Source of the DNA: Selaginella moellendorffii
Lineage: Eukaryota; Plantae; Lycopodiophyta
Assembly: GCF_000143415.4 (NCBI RefSeq)
Contig: NW_003314264.1
Coordinates: forward strand, 811,304-874,405
Direction: 5' to 3'
Length of the DNA stretch: 63,102 bases
Shown here: piece after piece, positions 37,301 through 49,679 of the stretch
Layout: each line of letters starts with the position of its first letter
Numbering within the stretch: the first letter of the stretch is position 1
Notes under the pieces: generated by a model
What the model saw: the letters and a program-made list of their open reading frames with translations, nothing else
The model's database searches: none
Told to the model about the DNA's origin: nothing
Made by a program: the position numbers and the translations under genes

Positions 37301-38559
37301 TAGCCTCATAAGACTTTACCCTCTAAGCTTTAAGTTTTCTAAATCATGTTTAGGGTTTTTAGTTTTCCCTCCATCACTCTCATCATTTTTCACTGAACAT
37401 TTCTTTTCATTTTTATAGTCACCATTATCACTTGCTAATCATTTCTTATAGTATTGCTTACAAATGACACTCCCATTCTTTTCTATGATACCACAGCTGG
37501 GCTTGACATTTTTTTCAACGGTTTTCATTTCAACTTACTATCTAGATGGTCTTTAGACATGACAAAAGTTTCAACCAAAAGATTCATTATTATTTACAAG
37601 TTATAAACGCAACTAGATCAGTGCAATGGTTTCAACTTAGCAACAAACTAAGACTTCTAATAACATTACATGCAGAGGCATCTAAGTCCTTCTTATGAAA
37701 TAATTTTTACATTATTTCACCTCTCTTAATGACCAATAGTACTTTGTATAGATAATCTCTCAGTATTGATCATTTGCCACTTTCTCTTCGACATTGTTGT
37801 GGTGAGCATGTAGTGTGCTATTTTTGGGGACTCTTTATAGGTTCTAGTTATTGATCAAGCAATGGTTTTCCTTTCACCTTCCATTCATCCATTCACATCC
37901 TTCACTAATGCATCTTCTATTCTTCTTTTCTTTCATTTGAACTCTAAATTGATCTTAAAATATATATAACATTGTGCTATAAGTCCCACAAGGCAGAGAT
38001 CTAGGTTTGAGACGCATTTTTAGCTTACTTCTTTTCTTTAGCTATTGTGATCTCTTCTTTTTTCTATTTTCTTGTTCATGTTCTAATTTGACCCCACAGC
38101 TCTTTCCACTTCCTTTTCTATTTTCTCTTTATGTTTTTATCATCCATCCTTATACTCTATCTATATGCAATACTTTTGGATTCTCTAATAGTCACCTGTT
38201 AGAGATTCTAGGAATATTCTTATAATATTTGGTTATTTACAACACTATCCTGATCTCAATACTCTTTAGGAATCCACCTAAGCCAACACACTGCGGAAAA
38301 GGGGTGACATTCGGCAGGCCGCGCGCCTCCTCACCCAATCCAATATGAGCAACTCCAATGCTCAATTTGGGGTGCTCGACCTCTGCCAATTCAATCAGTG
38401 CCACCAAAATCAGCACAATCTTAACACATTGAGAAACACCTTCTGATTGATCCATTGTATCCAAAAGAAGAAGTAAGAAACACAACGAATTGAGAACTTG
38501 AGAGTTCGCCCATGCTTCATAGTTTAAGATTTACAAATAAATATCTCTCTAACATATAG

Positions 38560-39480
38560 AATCCGCTGAAGGCTTTTCGCAATCAAAATCGGCTTCCGGG
38601 CGGCTTCGAGGGAGTCAGATCAACGCGCGAGCGTCGAGCCACAGAAGGACAAGAGCCGGGCAAGCTGCGAGGGAACTCTAGGGTTCTCCTGTCGTGGAAG
38701 AGTGTCTTAAGATTAATGTGGTTGTGGCGAAGTCTCGGCGGCCAAGGCAGCCGCTGAAAGAGCTTGAGTCACACATAATACTCCATTGTCAGTGCGACCT
38801 TGTTTCAGGGCCAAGCCTCCCAAAGGTGGAAGAAATCTCTCGGAGTTTATAGCTCACGAGGGCAGCGATTTGAGGTATTTGCTTGTTGCGATCACAAGTT
38901 TCATAATTTTTTTGTGTGTGTTTTCCAAGGCTGAGAAAGAGTAGTTCTTCTTTAGTTTATGTTTCGCGTGCTCTGTCGGCTTTGTTCTTGCTAAACGGCT
39001 GAAAAATCTGGCGACGCAGCACTTCGAAGTTCTCGACGATGTCTTCATGCACGCCAGGAAGCTATTCGTCTGGAAGTCGCGATCCATCATGTAGATCTTA
39101 CACTTCGGCTCTCTTGTACTTGAAGATTGTGTTTCGTTTTCTTTGGTGCTCACTCTTTCGTGTTTCTTCTTCTGTTTGCTTGCAGGGCTTATCACGCTTT
39201 ACAATCCTGTGGAATCACGGGCAGCGAGTGTTGGCGCTGGCATTGAAAAACAGAATCAGTGAGATAACCTCTCTGCTCTTGCTACGTTAACAATCAATGG
39301 TTTCTTCAAAATGCGTAAGTGATCCATCTAATGCTTTACTTCCGTGCTTCTCCTCTCATTGTACGCTTTTCTCCTTACAGACACTGGGCTACGAGATTAA
39401 AGAACTTGTCACGTCCATGCAGCTGCGCGAACTGACCATGGAACGACTTGTGTTATAGGTGATCGAGGTATTTTTGTTTT
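38560..39480 (+). pseudogene. Decayed, intron-retaining copy of serine acetyltransferase
   Basis: Collinear with 41750-43030 ([32 protein letters not shown]), with many deletions. Confidence 0.88.
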
Positions 39481-39510
39481 TCTTGTGTACATAAGATAGT
39501 TTATTACCTT

Positions 39511-40700
39511 TTAGATAAGTCTGAGAATCGCTTCAAGGAGCGCGGGTCCAAAAACATGCCTCAAGTAAAGAAAGCTCTCATAAGACTCGCAGGTCACCAG
39601 TAAGTCGTCGTCCTCCTTATCAGTATCAAACTTCTCACTGTCGGGTGCGTAGGTTCTGTTTTGGTGAGCTCTCTTCCTCAGCACGTAGACGTTGAAGTAG
39701 TAGCTTCCCAGTTCCTCCCGGTTCCTCCTTCCCGCGAAGGAAGCTTGGAGGTCCGGCCAAAGCTTCTTCTCGTTGTCCCCCTGGCACCGTCTCACAATTG
39801 CCGAAAACTCGGCTTGCTCTTGCATGCTCCACTTGGCCAACTTGATCAAGCTCTCTCCCATTGTGTGGAACCCCCACTCTCGGAAGACGTCCTCTCCCAG
39901 CTCCTGCTTGAGCTTCCCGCGTTGCTCGTTGACGTGTAGTTTCACACAGTCTTCCGAGCCATCGTCCGTGCAGAAGCACATACTAGCGCTATGGCTTCTC
40001 GCCACTGTTTTGGACCAGACCACTTCTCCTAGAAAGAGCTTTGAGTTCTCGTCATCGTTGTCAGCATTGACAGCCACGGTAGAGGGAACTACAGCTTGAA
40101 ATCTTTCTCCGACTGGAACGCTCTTGCGCTCCAAGGGAGTTTGAGGCTGAAGTTTGGGTCGAGGTGTGTGGGGTGTGCGAGAGCGAAGCACATACTTGGA
40201 AGGTCGTCGTGGTCTATTGCTCTGTACTTAAAAGTTATGTAAACAATGTAATTAATCAATTAATTGTACCTTGAGGTGGTTGCTCTGGAGGCGACCCAAG
40301 AATCCCTTGATTGTTTCTTGGAATTTCCCGTTGTCCCCTTCACTGTGGCCTGCATTTCCTGGATCCAAAGCCAACTTCCTTAAATGGGCCAGGGCCTCTT
40401 TGACATGAGAGTGGATTAGTGCCTTTGCATTTGGATCAACATTCCCTTTGGTGGCATCAAATGTAGCACCAAAGACCTGGCCACTCTCAAAAGCCTTGAG
40501 GTGGTGGGCTGATTTGACATCAGGCCCACAGTGTGGTGGTAACCCCATGGAACTTGCCACATCCTTCCAGTTTATAGACTTACTAATTTTAGAGTGGCGA
40601 CTTGATTTTTTTCACCTTGTCTAGCAGGGGCCCAAGATTCACTTTGTTACCTGCTATGGAAACTCTAGCTTGTAATACCCTCTCAAGCTTCTTCTCCTTT
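39511..40700 (-). CDS. ARID/ELM2-SANT-type chromatin protein; 5' part possibly disrupted
   Basis: ELM2 VPVGERFQAVVP, CFCTDDGSEDCVKLH, SANT WSMQEQAEF..LGSYYFNVYVLRKRA. The upstream exon has ARID-like WKDVASSMGL and VNLGPLLDKV. Confidence 0.75.
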
Positions 40701-41612
40701 CTAATTTCCATTGCTCCTCTACTCCTCTACTGGCTAGGGATTTACACAAAAATCAAGGTATTGGGATTTTTACAGTCTACCATATAAGCCACCTGACAAA
40801 ACTTTGATGGCTGCTTCTACTCATTAGATGTTAGAAAATTGTGTTAAGTCATATTTAATTAGTTTTAAATATTTTTAGAAAGGGTAAGGTTGATAGAGCA
40901 TAATAAGGGAAAAGAAAAGAGCCCATGAACAACTTTGTAATGCTTAAAACTGCATTTCCACTAGGATAAAAGATAAACATTCTTGTGAGATAGAAAATCA
41001 TTCAAAGATTGTTACTGAGGCTAGTTTTTTAATCAGTTCTTTTCACATGGAAAATGTAGGTGTATCTATTCCACTCAATGCAAAAAAATTTAAAAACATG
41101 TACACAAATGCATCATTGCACTATAGATCTTTCACTCTTCAGATATAGACTCTCAAAGCAATCATCCCTCTAAAACAATAATCCTTTTTCTCCATACACT
41201 GATTAATTATAAATATAATATAGTTAATGTATCAATTTGGAGGTGATTGAACAGAATGTAAGTATAACATATATTGAAAAACATAACAAATCTTATGAAC
41301 CTTTATCATGCTCCTAAAACAATTTCTTAAGAGTGATTATGCACCCATTTTATAACTGTAAGATTTGTCCTAATAAAAAGGTTCTCAAGGTAAATATGGC
41401 TATATGGTGAGTATAACCATCTCTCTCTCCACCAAGCATATCCTATATCAAATATAGTAAACATCAAGATTATGTTAAACTCAATCACGGTACTGAGCAT
41501 TCACATGTGCATCTATTGAACACTTGGCTGCCCAGCATTTGTCTGTATTATATTTTGGGATTACCAATTCTAAGAACCCTAAACCGGCAAGGTATGTAGG
41601 GTGTCTCGTTAG

Positions 41613-43506
41613 ATGGCATTGTGGCTGGGCTCTGTTGGAATCGGTAGCTCGATCGTGGGATACAGGCGCATCGCCATGTCGCCTCACGTCCGCTGCGGAG
41701 CAGCAGCCGACCCAAATGGATCGAATGGGGCTTTTCGGGCCCGGGACGATCAATCCAGCTTCCGGGCGAGCAGGATCACGGAGCAGGCCAAGGACACCAG
41801 CCTGAGCAGCTTCGAAGGGAGCGAGATCAACGCGCCGTTTGGGTTTGGCCAGTACTCCCACAAGAGCGCCGAGCCGCAGGAGGACAAGAGCCGGGCGAGC
41901 TTTGAAGGAATCGACAAGCATTCTCCCGCCAAGGATTCTCGCTCTCCTGCCGTGGACGAAGAACAGTGGAAGAGTGTCTTCCCTGCCTACATCCAGAGTG
42001 GAGGTGGGGATGATCACTGTGGCGATGGAGTCGTTGGTGGCGAAGTCTCGGCGGCCAAGGCAGCCGCCGAGTCCGTGAAAGAGCTCGAGTCACACGTAAG
42101 TACTCCATTGTCAGCGCCACCTTGTTCCAGTGCCAAGCCTCCAAAAGAAGGTGGAAGAAATCTCTCCGAGCTTATAACTCACGATCCAATCTGGGCAGCA
42201 ATCCGGGCCGAAGCACGGCTTGAGGTACTTGCTTGTGGCGATCACAACTTTCTCATCCTCTCCTCTCTTTTTTGTGTGTGTGTGTGTGTGTTTTTTTTCC
42301 AGGCAGAGAAAGAGCCACTTCTGAGCAGTTTTCTGTATGCTAGTATACTGGCTCATCCTTGTTTCGAGCGCTCTGTGGGCTTTGTTCTCGCCAACCGGCT
42401 GAAGAATGTGACCCTCTTGGCGACGCAGCTCTTGGACGTTTTCGACGATGTCTTCACGCACGAGCCTCAAGTCCAGGAAGCTATTCGTCTGGATGTCCAG
42501 GTTAAAGAGCTTTCTTCTATTTTCTTTCTAGTTTTCTTACACCCTTTGTAGGCCGTGAGAAGTCGCGATCCATCGTGCAGATCTTACAGTTCGGCTCTCC
42601 TGTACTTAAAGGTTGTGCTTACGTTTCCTTTCGTGCTCACTCTTTTTGTTTCCTCTTCTCTCTGCTTTCAGGGCTATCACGCTTTGCAATCCTACAGAGT
42701 AGCTCATGCGCTTTGGAATCGCGGGCAGCGAGTGTTGGCGCTCGCATTGCAAAGCAGAATCAGTGAGGTAACCTTTCGTGTTTTGCACATTTGCTTTCCA
42801 CGGGTATACGGTGTTTTACGAAATATTTGTAGTTTTTCAGGTGTTTGCTGTAGATATCCATCCAGGTGCTACGCTTTTTGTTCCTTCAAATACTGAGCTA
42901 CGAGACTAAAGAACTTGTCACGTCCTATGCAGCTGCGCGAATCGGGAAAGCTATAATGCTTGACCACGGAACGGGCGTAGTGATCGGAGAGACTTGTGTT
43001 ATAGGCGATAGAGTTTCCTTGATGCAGGTTCGTTCTCTCCTTTTTTGTGTTCTCCATGCACTAAAAGCTCCGTGCTTTTTTTGTACAGGGTGTCACTTTA
43101 GGTGGATCGGGCAAAGAAGCCGGTGACAGGCATCCCAAAATCGAAGAAGGGGTGCTCATTGGAGCTGGAGCAACGATCCTAGGCAACATAAGAATCGGTC
43201 GTTGCTCCATGGTCGCTGCTGGATCACTGGTTCTTAAAGATGTGCCTCCACACAGGTTAACTTTTTAGATTCTCTTTCGTTGTTTTCTTGTTCCAACTAG
43301 TCTTTGAGTCTTGCAGTGTAGCGGCTGGAACTCCTGCCAAAGTCGTAGGAACTCTAGAAGAGCCCACTCCTGCCTTGACGATGAAACACGGTACGACTTT
43401 TGGGGTATTTTTCTGAATTTTCTTTCTTCTGTCTTTTTTTTTCTCTACAGATGCAATGAGCTGCCAAATTTCCGACGACAGTCTCTGTGAAGGCGCTGGA
43501 ATATAA
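41613..43506 (+). CDS. SERAT: Serine O-acetyltransferase, multi-exon (SERAT3-type gene structure), with an N-terminal transit-like extension
   Basis: [14 protein letters not shown]|[62 protein letters not shown]. About 9 exons. Ends CEGAGI*. Confidence 0.95.
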
Positions 43507-43659
43507 GATGGACAATTAGAAAGAGAATCTGTACATATATAAAAGCTGGTATGTATTGGTTAGTTGGAATACTCGATTCCAGATCCACGAAAACTCTGGA
43601 TTTGTGCTGGCCAGGAGTGCAATGCACTGCTGGACATGGCTTAATTCATCGTTGATTGT

Positions 43660-43890
43660 CCTTTATTTCGTGAGGTAACATTTTGCGTTGTCTTTTTTAT
43701 GCATCTTACAAACATGTGTTCCAAGTTTTCCAAGTGTTTTTCTATATGGATTGCTTAAAGAACTTGTCTTGTTTAAATTGCGGCGTTGTTGGAGAAAGTT
43801 GTGCCTTGAAGCAGGTTCGTGGTTTTGTGTCCTCCATGCGCTTGAACTCTGTGCTTCTTTGTGCAGGGTGTTACTTTAGGTGGATAAGTT
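43660..43890 (+). pseudogene. Third SAT remnant, downstream of the intact gene
   Basis: gtgag|gtaac, gcag|gttcgt...gcag|ggtgttactttaggtgga parallel 42763-43105. Confidence 0.7.
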
Positions 43891-44112
43891 TTCGGACAAA
43901 ATGTGCTACGAACTAGAAGAAGCTTCCCATCAGGTCTAGCCTCGATCGCTAATGGTTTTATTTGTAGGAACAACGTCTTATTTGAAGCTAAAACAGAGAG
44001 TTCTAAGCAAAACATCTGATCCTAGCTCCGGCCAATGAGGTGAAGATAAGGCCTTTTGGGGGTATTGTTCCCAATCCACCTTTTCTCCTCTCTAGAGTCT
44101 CTGGGTATTGAG

Positions 44113-44782
44113 ATGGCAGCCATGGCGACACAAGCAGCATTGCCTGGCACCATTGTTGGTCGTGAGTTCCAGGGCCTCAAAGCCAGCACCCGCTTCAGCC
44201 GTGCTCAGACCACCACCCTCGTAAGTTACAGAACTCTCTCGAGTTGGATTTTGCTGATTACTTCGCTTTGGATGATTCTCCAGGCCCTGCCGTCGCTGAG
44301 ATGCAGAGGCAAAGGAGCTCTCGGAGCTCGATGCGGCTTCATCGGATCACCCACGAATCTGGTACGTAGTTCACGCATAGCTTTTCTAGTGTAGGAAACC
44401 GTGTTCCTTGAACTAGAACTCCAATGACTGACTTGAATAGTTTGTTTTATTCACGACAACTTCGATTCGACAAAGCGTTTTAGAAATTTTCAAAGACCGA
44501 CTTGAATCGATCTGCCATGACTAACTTACATATTTTGTTTTCTTTTTCCAGATAATGGTTGCTTGCACGACGTTGTCTCTCATCGCGGGGCGATTTGGAT
44601 TGGCACCGTCAGCCAACCGGCAGGCGCTGGCTGGGTTGAAGCTGGTGGACAGAGACTCGGGTCTCCAAACCGGTGATCCCGCAGGATTCACAGGAAGCGA
44701 CACGGTCGCCTTCGGTGTGGTTGGCCACATTGCGGGTGTTGGTATTGTTCTTGGCCTTAAAGCCCTTGGAAGCATTCCATAG
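44113..44782 (+). CDS. PsaK: Photosystem I subunit K precursor; exons 44113-44220, 44284-44361, 44552-44782
   Basis: [60 protein letters not shown] and GATAAG (I-box) at ~44031-44050. Confidence 0.97.
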
Positions 44783-45021
44783 AGTGCCTGGGCACTTGTG
44801 TATATTCGTTGACAAGAAGGAACACGAAGAAAACATTGGATGAAAGTGAGCTTTTCAACCACGAGAGTTTGTGTTGAGGTACGAGAAACATTGGATCACA
44901 TCAACAGCTTTTGAAGCTACTTACATGGAGAAGGAAATGGAAATGTTTACAACCAGCCACTGAACTTAAGATCAACAGGTTTGTAAGCTACCAACATGGA
45001 AAAGGAAATGGAGATCTTCAC

Positions 45022-45408
45022 TTAAGATTTGGTCTTGAACTTGGACTCGTCGACTTTGATGCCCTCGTCGGCAATGCGCTCATCGGCCGACTTCTCTGTG
45101 GTGGTGAGCCCGCCTTTCTTCCCCATCTCCTTGTAGCCCTCAGTCCCAAGCTGCTCCTTCCTCGTCTGACCTCCCTTGCTCCGACCTTAGAAGGAAACCA
45201 AAACAAAAACGCATTAGAATCTAAGAAACTCAGGAAATCATGAGAAGAAACCTGAAAGTAGTGAGAAAGCCAACATAGAAGAACCTCTATTACCTTCAGC
45301 AAGATGCTCCTGCGCTTCCAAGCTCTGCCCTCCCGTTCCTCCCGGAACCACCGTCTCGCCCTGGCGAGCGGCCTCGTCGAGCTCCTTCCTCTGCTGCCTG
45401 GTGGCCAT
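45022..45408 (-). CDS. Em: Em-like group-1 LEA protein; exons 45408-45294 and 45185-45022
   Basis: [26 protein letters not shown]|[26 protein letters not shown]. Confidence 0.95.
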
Positions 45409-45539
45409 TTTTCCTATTCGCGACAAATCTCTCGATTCCTTTACACTCTTTCCCTCGCTTTCCACTGTACTAGGAATGAGCCAATGGTGAAACGTTTGAG
45501 ATTGAGGTATCACTTTATACGCTTGCCGACACCCCCGTG

Positions 45540-45592
45540 GTGCTGCCACGTTACCCAACCAGGTAAACACGTCTACCACGCCATGCAGCTTG
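45540..45592 (-). promoter_or_regulatory. ABRE/G-box and RY elements upstream of Em copy 1
   Basis: gccacgt, acacgtc and catgca just upstream of a TATA-like site (ttata at ~45515). Confidence 0.65.
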
Positions 45593-45661
45593 ACTCGTGG
45601 CAAAACCAATAACTATACGCATTTTGGACTTTCACCAAGAACTTCCATAGCTAGTTAAGAG

Positions 45662-45782
45662 ATTACATACGAAAAGCAGACTGCAGAGAATCTAAGTAAG
45701 ATCACATACGAAAAGTAGAATGCAGAGAATCTAACATACAGAAAGTAGACTGCAGAGAATCTATGTAAAGATCACATATAAA
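45662..45782. repeat. Short imperfect tandem repeat (3 units of catacgaaaag.agactgcagagaatcta)
   Basis: Visible repeated units between the two Em genes. Confidence 0.8.
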
Positions 45783-45818
45783 GAGAGAGAGTGATTAGTG
45801 TTCAGAGCTATATGATCT

Positions 45819-46199
45819 CTAACTCTTGGTTTTATACTTGGACTCGTCGATTGGAATGCCCTCTTCCTCCATACGCTCCTGGCCGGACTTGTCCATGGTG
45901 CTCAGCCCGCCCTTGCGCCCCATCTGTTGGTAGCCTTCGGTGCCCATTTGCTGCTTGCGAGACTCGCCACCCTTGTGACGTCCTATGAAAATGTAGCATT
46001 AGAGCCATGCACAAAGGAAGATGAGAAACAATGGATTCTTACCTTCGGCGAGACGGACCTGGGCATCCAAGCTCTTCCCGCCGGTCCCTCCGGCCACCAC
46101 CGTCTGGCCCTCTCGCGCGGCCTGGTCGAGCTCCTCCTTCTCCTCGCTTGGCAGCTCTTTCACTTGCTTGGTATCCTGGATTGGCGCTTCCTGGGCCAT
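45819..46199 (-). CDS. Em: Em-like group-1 LEA protein, tandem paralog with one intron
   Basis: [26 protein letters not shown]|[40 protein letters not shown] tacgtggc (~46329) and RY catgca (~46349) upstream. Confidence 0.95.
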
Positions 46200-46744
46200 A
46201 CTACCGTAACGAGAGATTTGCTCAAAAGCTGAGTGCTGGATGATCTATCAATCGAGCTGTGTGTCTAAAAGCGATTGTTGGACCTCCTTTCGTGCCTCGT
46301 TGGGTTTATATGGGGAGAGGTGGTGAGGTACGTGGCAGTCACCGCCGCCATGCAAGCTGCCACATTTTCACTAATCGCTGGCAAGCAGGATGTTACAGTA
46401 AATGGGATTCGAACTTGGGAAGGTAAACGGTCGAATGCTTTGGTTTTGCGCAGCTCAATGCGAGCCTTGGACGCAATGATAGCGTTTGCTTGTACAAATA
46501 ATGAAAGCCAAGAAGGAAGACGAGTTGTGGTTCACGAGATCATCAAAACAGCTATAATTTGTCGGTTTTATGATTTTTAGTTGGCGCCACGAGACCTTGT
46601 AAACAATTAATGAATGAATGAATGAATGATTTTCAATTTCCTACATAAAATTTGTTATCAGATTATAATCTAAATTAAATCCTAACCATTTATTTTCAGA
46701 TATATTTAATTTAAATTATAAAGTTACTCTTTATTAAAACCATC

Positions 46745-46810
46745 TGGTGTCAGAAATGGGATTCGAACCCATGCCCATGCGGACTAGTACCTGAAACTAG
46801 CCATCCTGAC
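46745..46810 (-). pseudogene. tRNA-Leu(CAG)-derived sequence lacking the D-loop region, with encoded 3' CCA
   Basis: Reverse complement GTCAGGATGG-CTAGTTTCAGGTACTAG-TCCGCATGGGC-ATGGGTTCGAATCCCAT-TTCTGACA-CCA. Confidence 0.8.
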
Positions 46811-47109
46811 TTACAGTTTTAATACACCACAAGTCGTTAATTAAACATCTTTTTTCCTGTGATTTTTCTAGAAATGGTTTTGGATATTCCTTTAACTAAG
46901 CTAATAAACCTAAGCAAAATCAAATTATCCACAAGAGCCAGGAAAATTATCAGCGCATATTATAATTGATGCGATTCGAACCGCGTGCTCTGCATGGACG
47001 CAAAAGTCCGCTAATTAGGAGAGCAGATATGCCTTCCGTAGCGTACGGCGGCCATTGCCCAGTTCTTTGGCCTCTCTCTTTTGGTGTGCCTAGCTAGGGT
47101 GGAGCTGCC

Positions 47110-49460
47110 ATGGCGCAGGCGAGGCGCTGGATCCCCACCGCGATACTGCTCGTGGCGCTGCTGCTGGAGCCGTGCGCCGGATTCTATCTTCCCGGCGTCG
47201 CTCCCCAGGATTTCAATCAGGTGAGAAAATCCGGTTCTTTTTTGCCCACATTCTGCGAATCCGCGTTGGAATGGGCAAGATCTAGCGCTGGGAGGCGCGC
47301 ATTGCGGGACTAGGTCTTAGATCTTTGGTTTCTTGTTGCAGGGGGACGAGCTCCAGGTCAAAGTGAACAAGCTCACGTCCGTGAAGACGCAACTTCCTTA
47401 TGATTACTATTCCTTGGCATTTTGCAAGCCGGGGAAGGTCCTCAACAGCGCTGAGAATCTGGGCGAGGTTCTTCGAGGAGATCGCATCGAGAATTCTCCT
47501 TATGTGGTGAGTTTCATCTCTACCTTTAGCCAAGGGAGAAAAAAAGAAAAGAAAAAGGATGCTAATGCTGTGGTGTAGTTCCGGATGCGCGAGGACTCGT
47601 ACTGCAATATCGTCTGTAAGACGGACAAGCTGTCGAAGAAAAATGCGAGGAAGTTCAAGAGGAAGATCAACGAGGAGTATCATGTCAACATGTAAGAGCA
47701 CGTTTCATGGCTCGTAAGAGATTTTTATGTTTTTCTTTTGCAGGATACTCGACAATCTTCCTTTGGCGAGACTTAAACCCACGGCTGATCCGTCTTACAA
47801 GGCATACGACCGTGGCTATCACGTCGGATTCAAAGGCAGCTATGTCAATGAAGTACGTGCATTGTTTATGGTTCTAGTTCTTTGCGGGCCAACCACAAAC
47901 AATTGTTTATTCGCAGGCCAGTGTGGAGAAGCATTTTATTTACAATCACTTGTCTTTCGTCGTACACATTCACAAAGATCCGAACTATGAGACATCGCGT
48001 ATTGTCGGGTTTGAAGTCACTCCTTTCAGGTCTGTCTGTCCCTTCACACGGACGTTTTCTTGAATGCTTTTTCTATTGTCTAGTGTAAAGCACGAGGTTG
48101 AGAAGTCCTGGAATGGTCCCGCGGACACGAAACTCTCAACTTGTTCTCGCGATGGTAAAAGGCGCGTTGGTGCCGATCAACCTTTCCAAGAGGTTGAAGC
48201 GAACGAGGAGATCATATTCACCTACGATGTTGCCTTCCAGGTGAAAGTTTTTGGAAAAATTCTGCGCCTTGTAACTTTGCGTGTTTGTTTTCTTTTATGC
48301 AGTTGAGTCCAGTGAGATGGGCTTCGAGATGGGATATGTATCTCTACATGTCCGACGACCAGATCCACTGGTTTTCGATCATCAACTCGCTGATGATCGT
48401 CCTGTTCCTCTCCGGAATGGTGGCCATGATCATGCTCCGGACTCTACACCGCGACATCTCCAAGTACAACCAGCTGGAGACGCAAGAAGAAGCACAGGAG
48501 GAGACCGGGTGGAAGCTTGTCCACGGAGATGTTTTCCGCGCCCCGGTTCACGCAGGCCAGCTCTGCGTCTACGCCGGCACCGGCGTCCAGTTCCTGGGCA
48601 TGACTCTGGTGACCATGTTCTTCGCGCTGCTCGGCTTCCTATCTCCTTCCAACCGGGGCGGCCTTATGACCGTGATGCTGCTCATCTGGGTGGGCATGGG
48701 AGCAGTAGCCGGCTACTCTTCCTCGCGGCTCTACAAGGCCTTCAAGGGAACCGAGTGGAAGTCCATCACCGTGAAGACGGCGTGCATGTTCCCGGGCATC
48801 GTCTTCTCGGCCTTCTTCGTCCTCAACACGATCATCTGGGGCGAGAAGTCGTCGGGGGCCATCCCCTTCTCGACCATGTTCGTGCTCGTCCTCCTGTGGT
48901 TCGGCATCTCGGTCCCTCTGGTTTTCCTGGGGAGCTACCTCGGTTACAAGAAGCCCGCCATCGAGGACCCGGTCAGGACCAACAAGATCCCCCGGCAGAT
49001 ACCCGAGCAGGCGTGGTACATGCGGCCGCTCTTCTCGGTTCTCATCGGCGGCATCCTGCCGTTTGGAGCAGTGTTCATCGAGCTCTTCTTCATCCTCACC
49101 TCCATCTGGCTCCACCAGTTCTACTACATCTTCGGCTTCCTCTTCATCGTCTTCTTGATACTCATGGTCACCTGCGCCGAGATCACCATCGTGCTGTGCT
49201 ACTTCCAGCTCTGCAGCGAGGACTACAACTGGTGGTGGAGGGCCTACTTCACGTCCGGCTCCTCGGCGTTCTACCTCTTCCTCTACGCCACCTTTTACTT
49301 CTTCACCAAGCTGGAGATCACCAAGGTCACGTCCGGGATCCTGTACTTCGGCTATATGGCCATCATCTCCTACTGCTTCTTCGTCTTCACGGGCACGATA
49401 GGCTTCTACGCGTGCTACTGGTTCGTACGTACCATATACGCGTCAGTGAAGATCGATTGA
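47110..49460 (+). CDS. TMN: Transmembrane 9 superfamily (EMP70/TMN) protein, multi-exon
   Basis: [66 protein letters not shown]-terminal KID. Confidence 0.97.
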
Positions 49461-49679
49461 GAGAAAAACTCTTACCCCCCCCTTTTTTTTTAATGTCTCG
49501 GAATGGTATCTTAGATTTTAATCAGGACTTCTTTTCTTAACTTTCCAGTGTTCGTTTCCACCTGCTCAAATGTGTTTAAAACCTTTTGAAAATTTCTCGC
49601 GAGGTATAAGCCAATATCACAGCTCACCCCGAATCAATCAACTCGCGTATCTACAAGTATACAACGTACCCCCGCAATT

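Noticed and set aside
45662-45782. Repeat with short variable gaps resembling a CRISPR array
   Set aside because: Eukaryotic context, no unique spacers and no cas genes; it is a simple tandem repeat.
48281-49540. 419-aa overlapping ORF in TMN, and long antisense ORFs in the PPR gene (53192-54358)
   Set aside because: Shadow ORFs caused by high GC3 codon usage.
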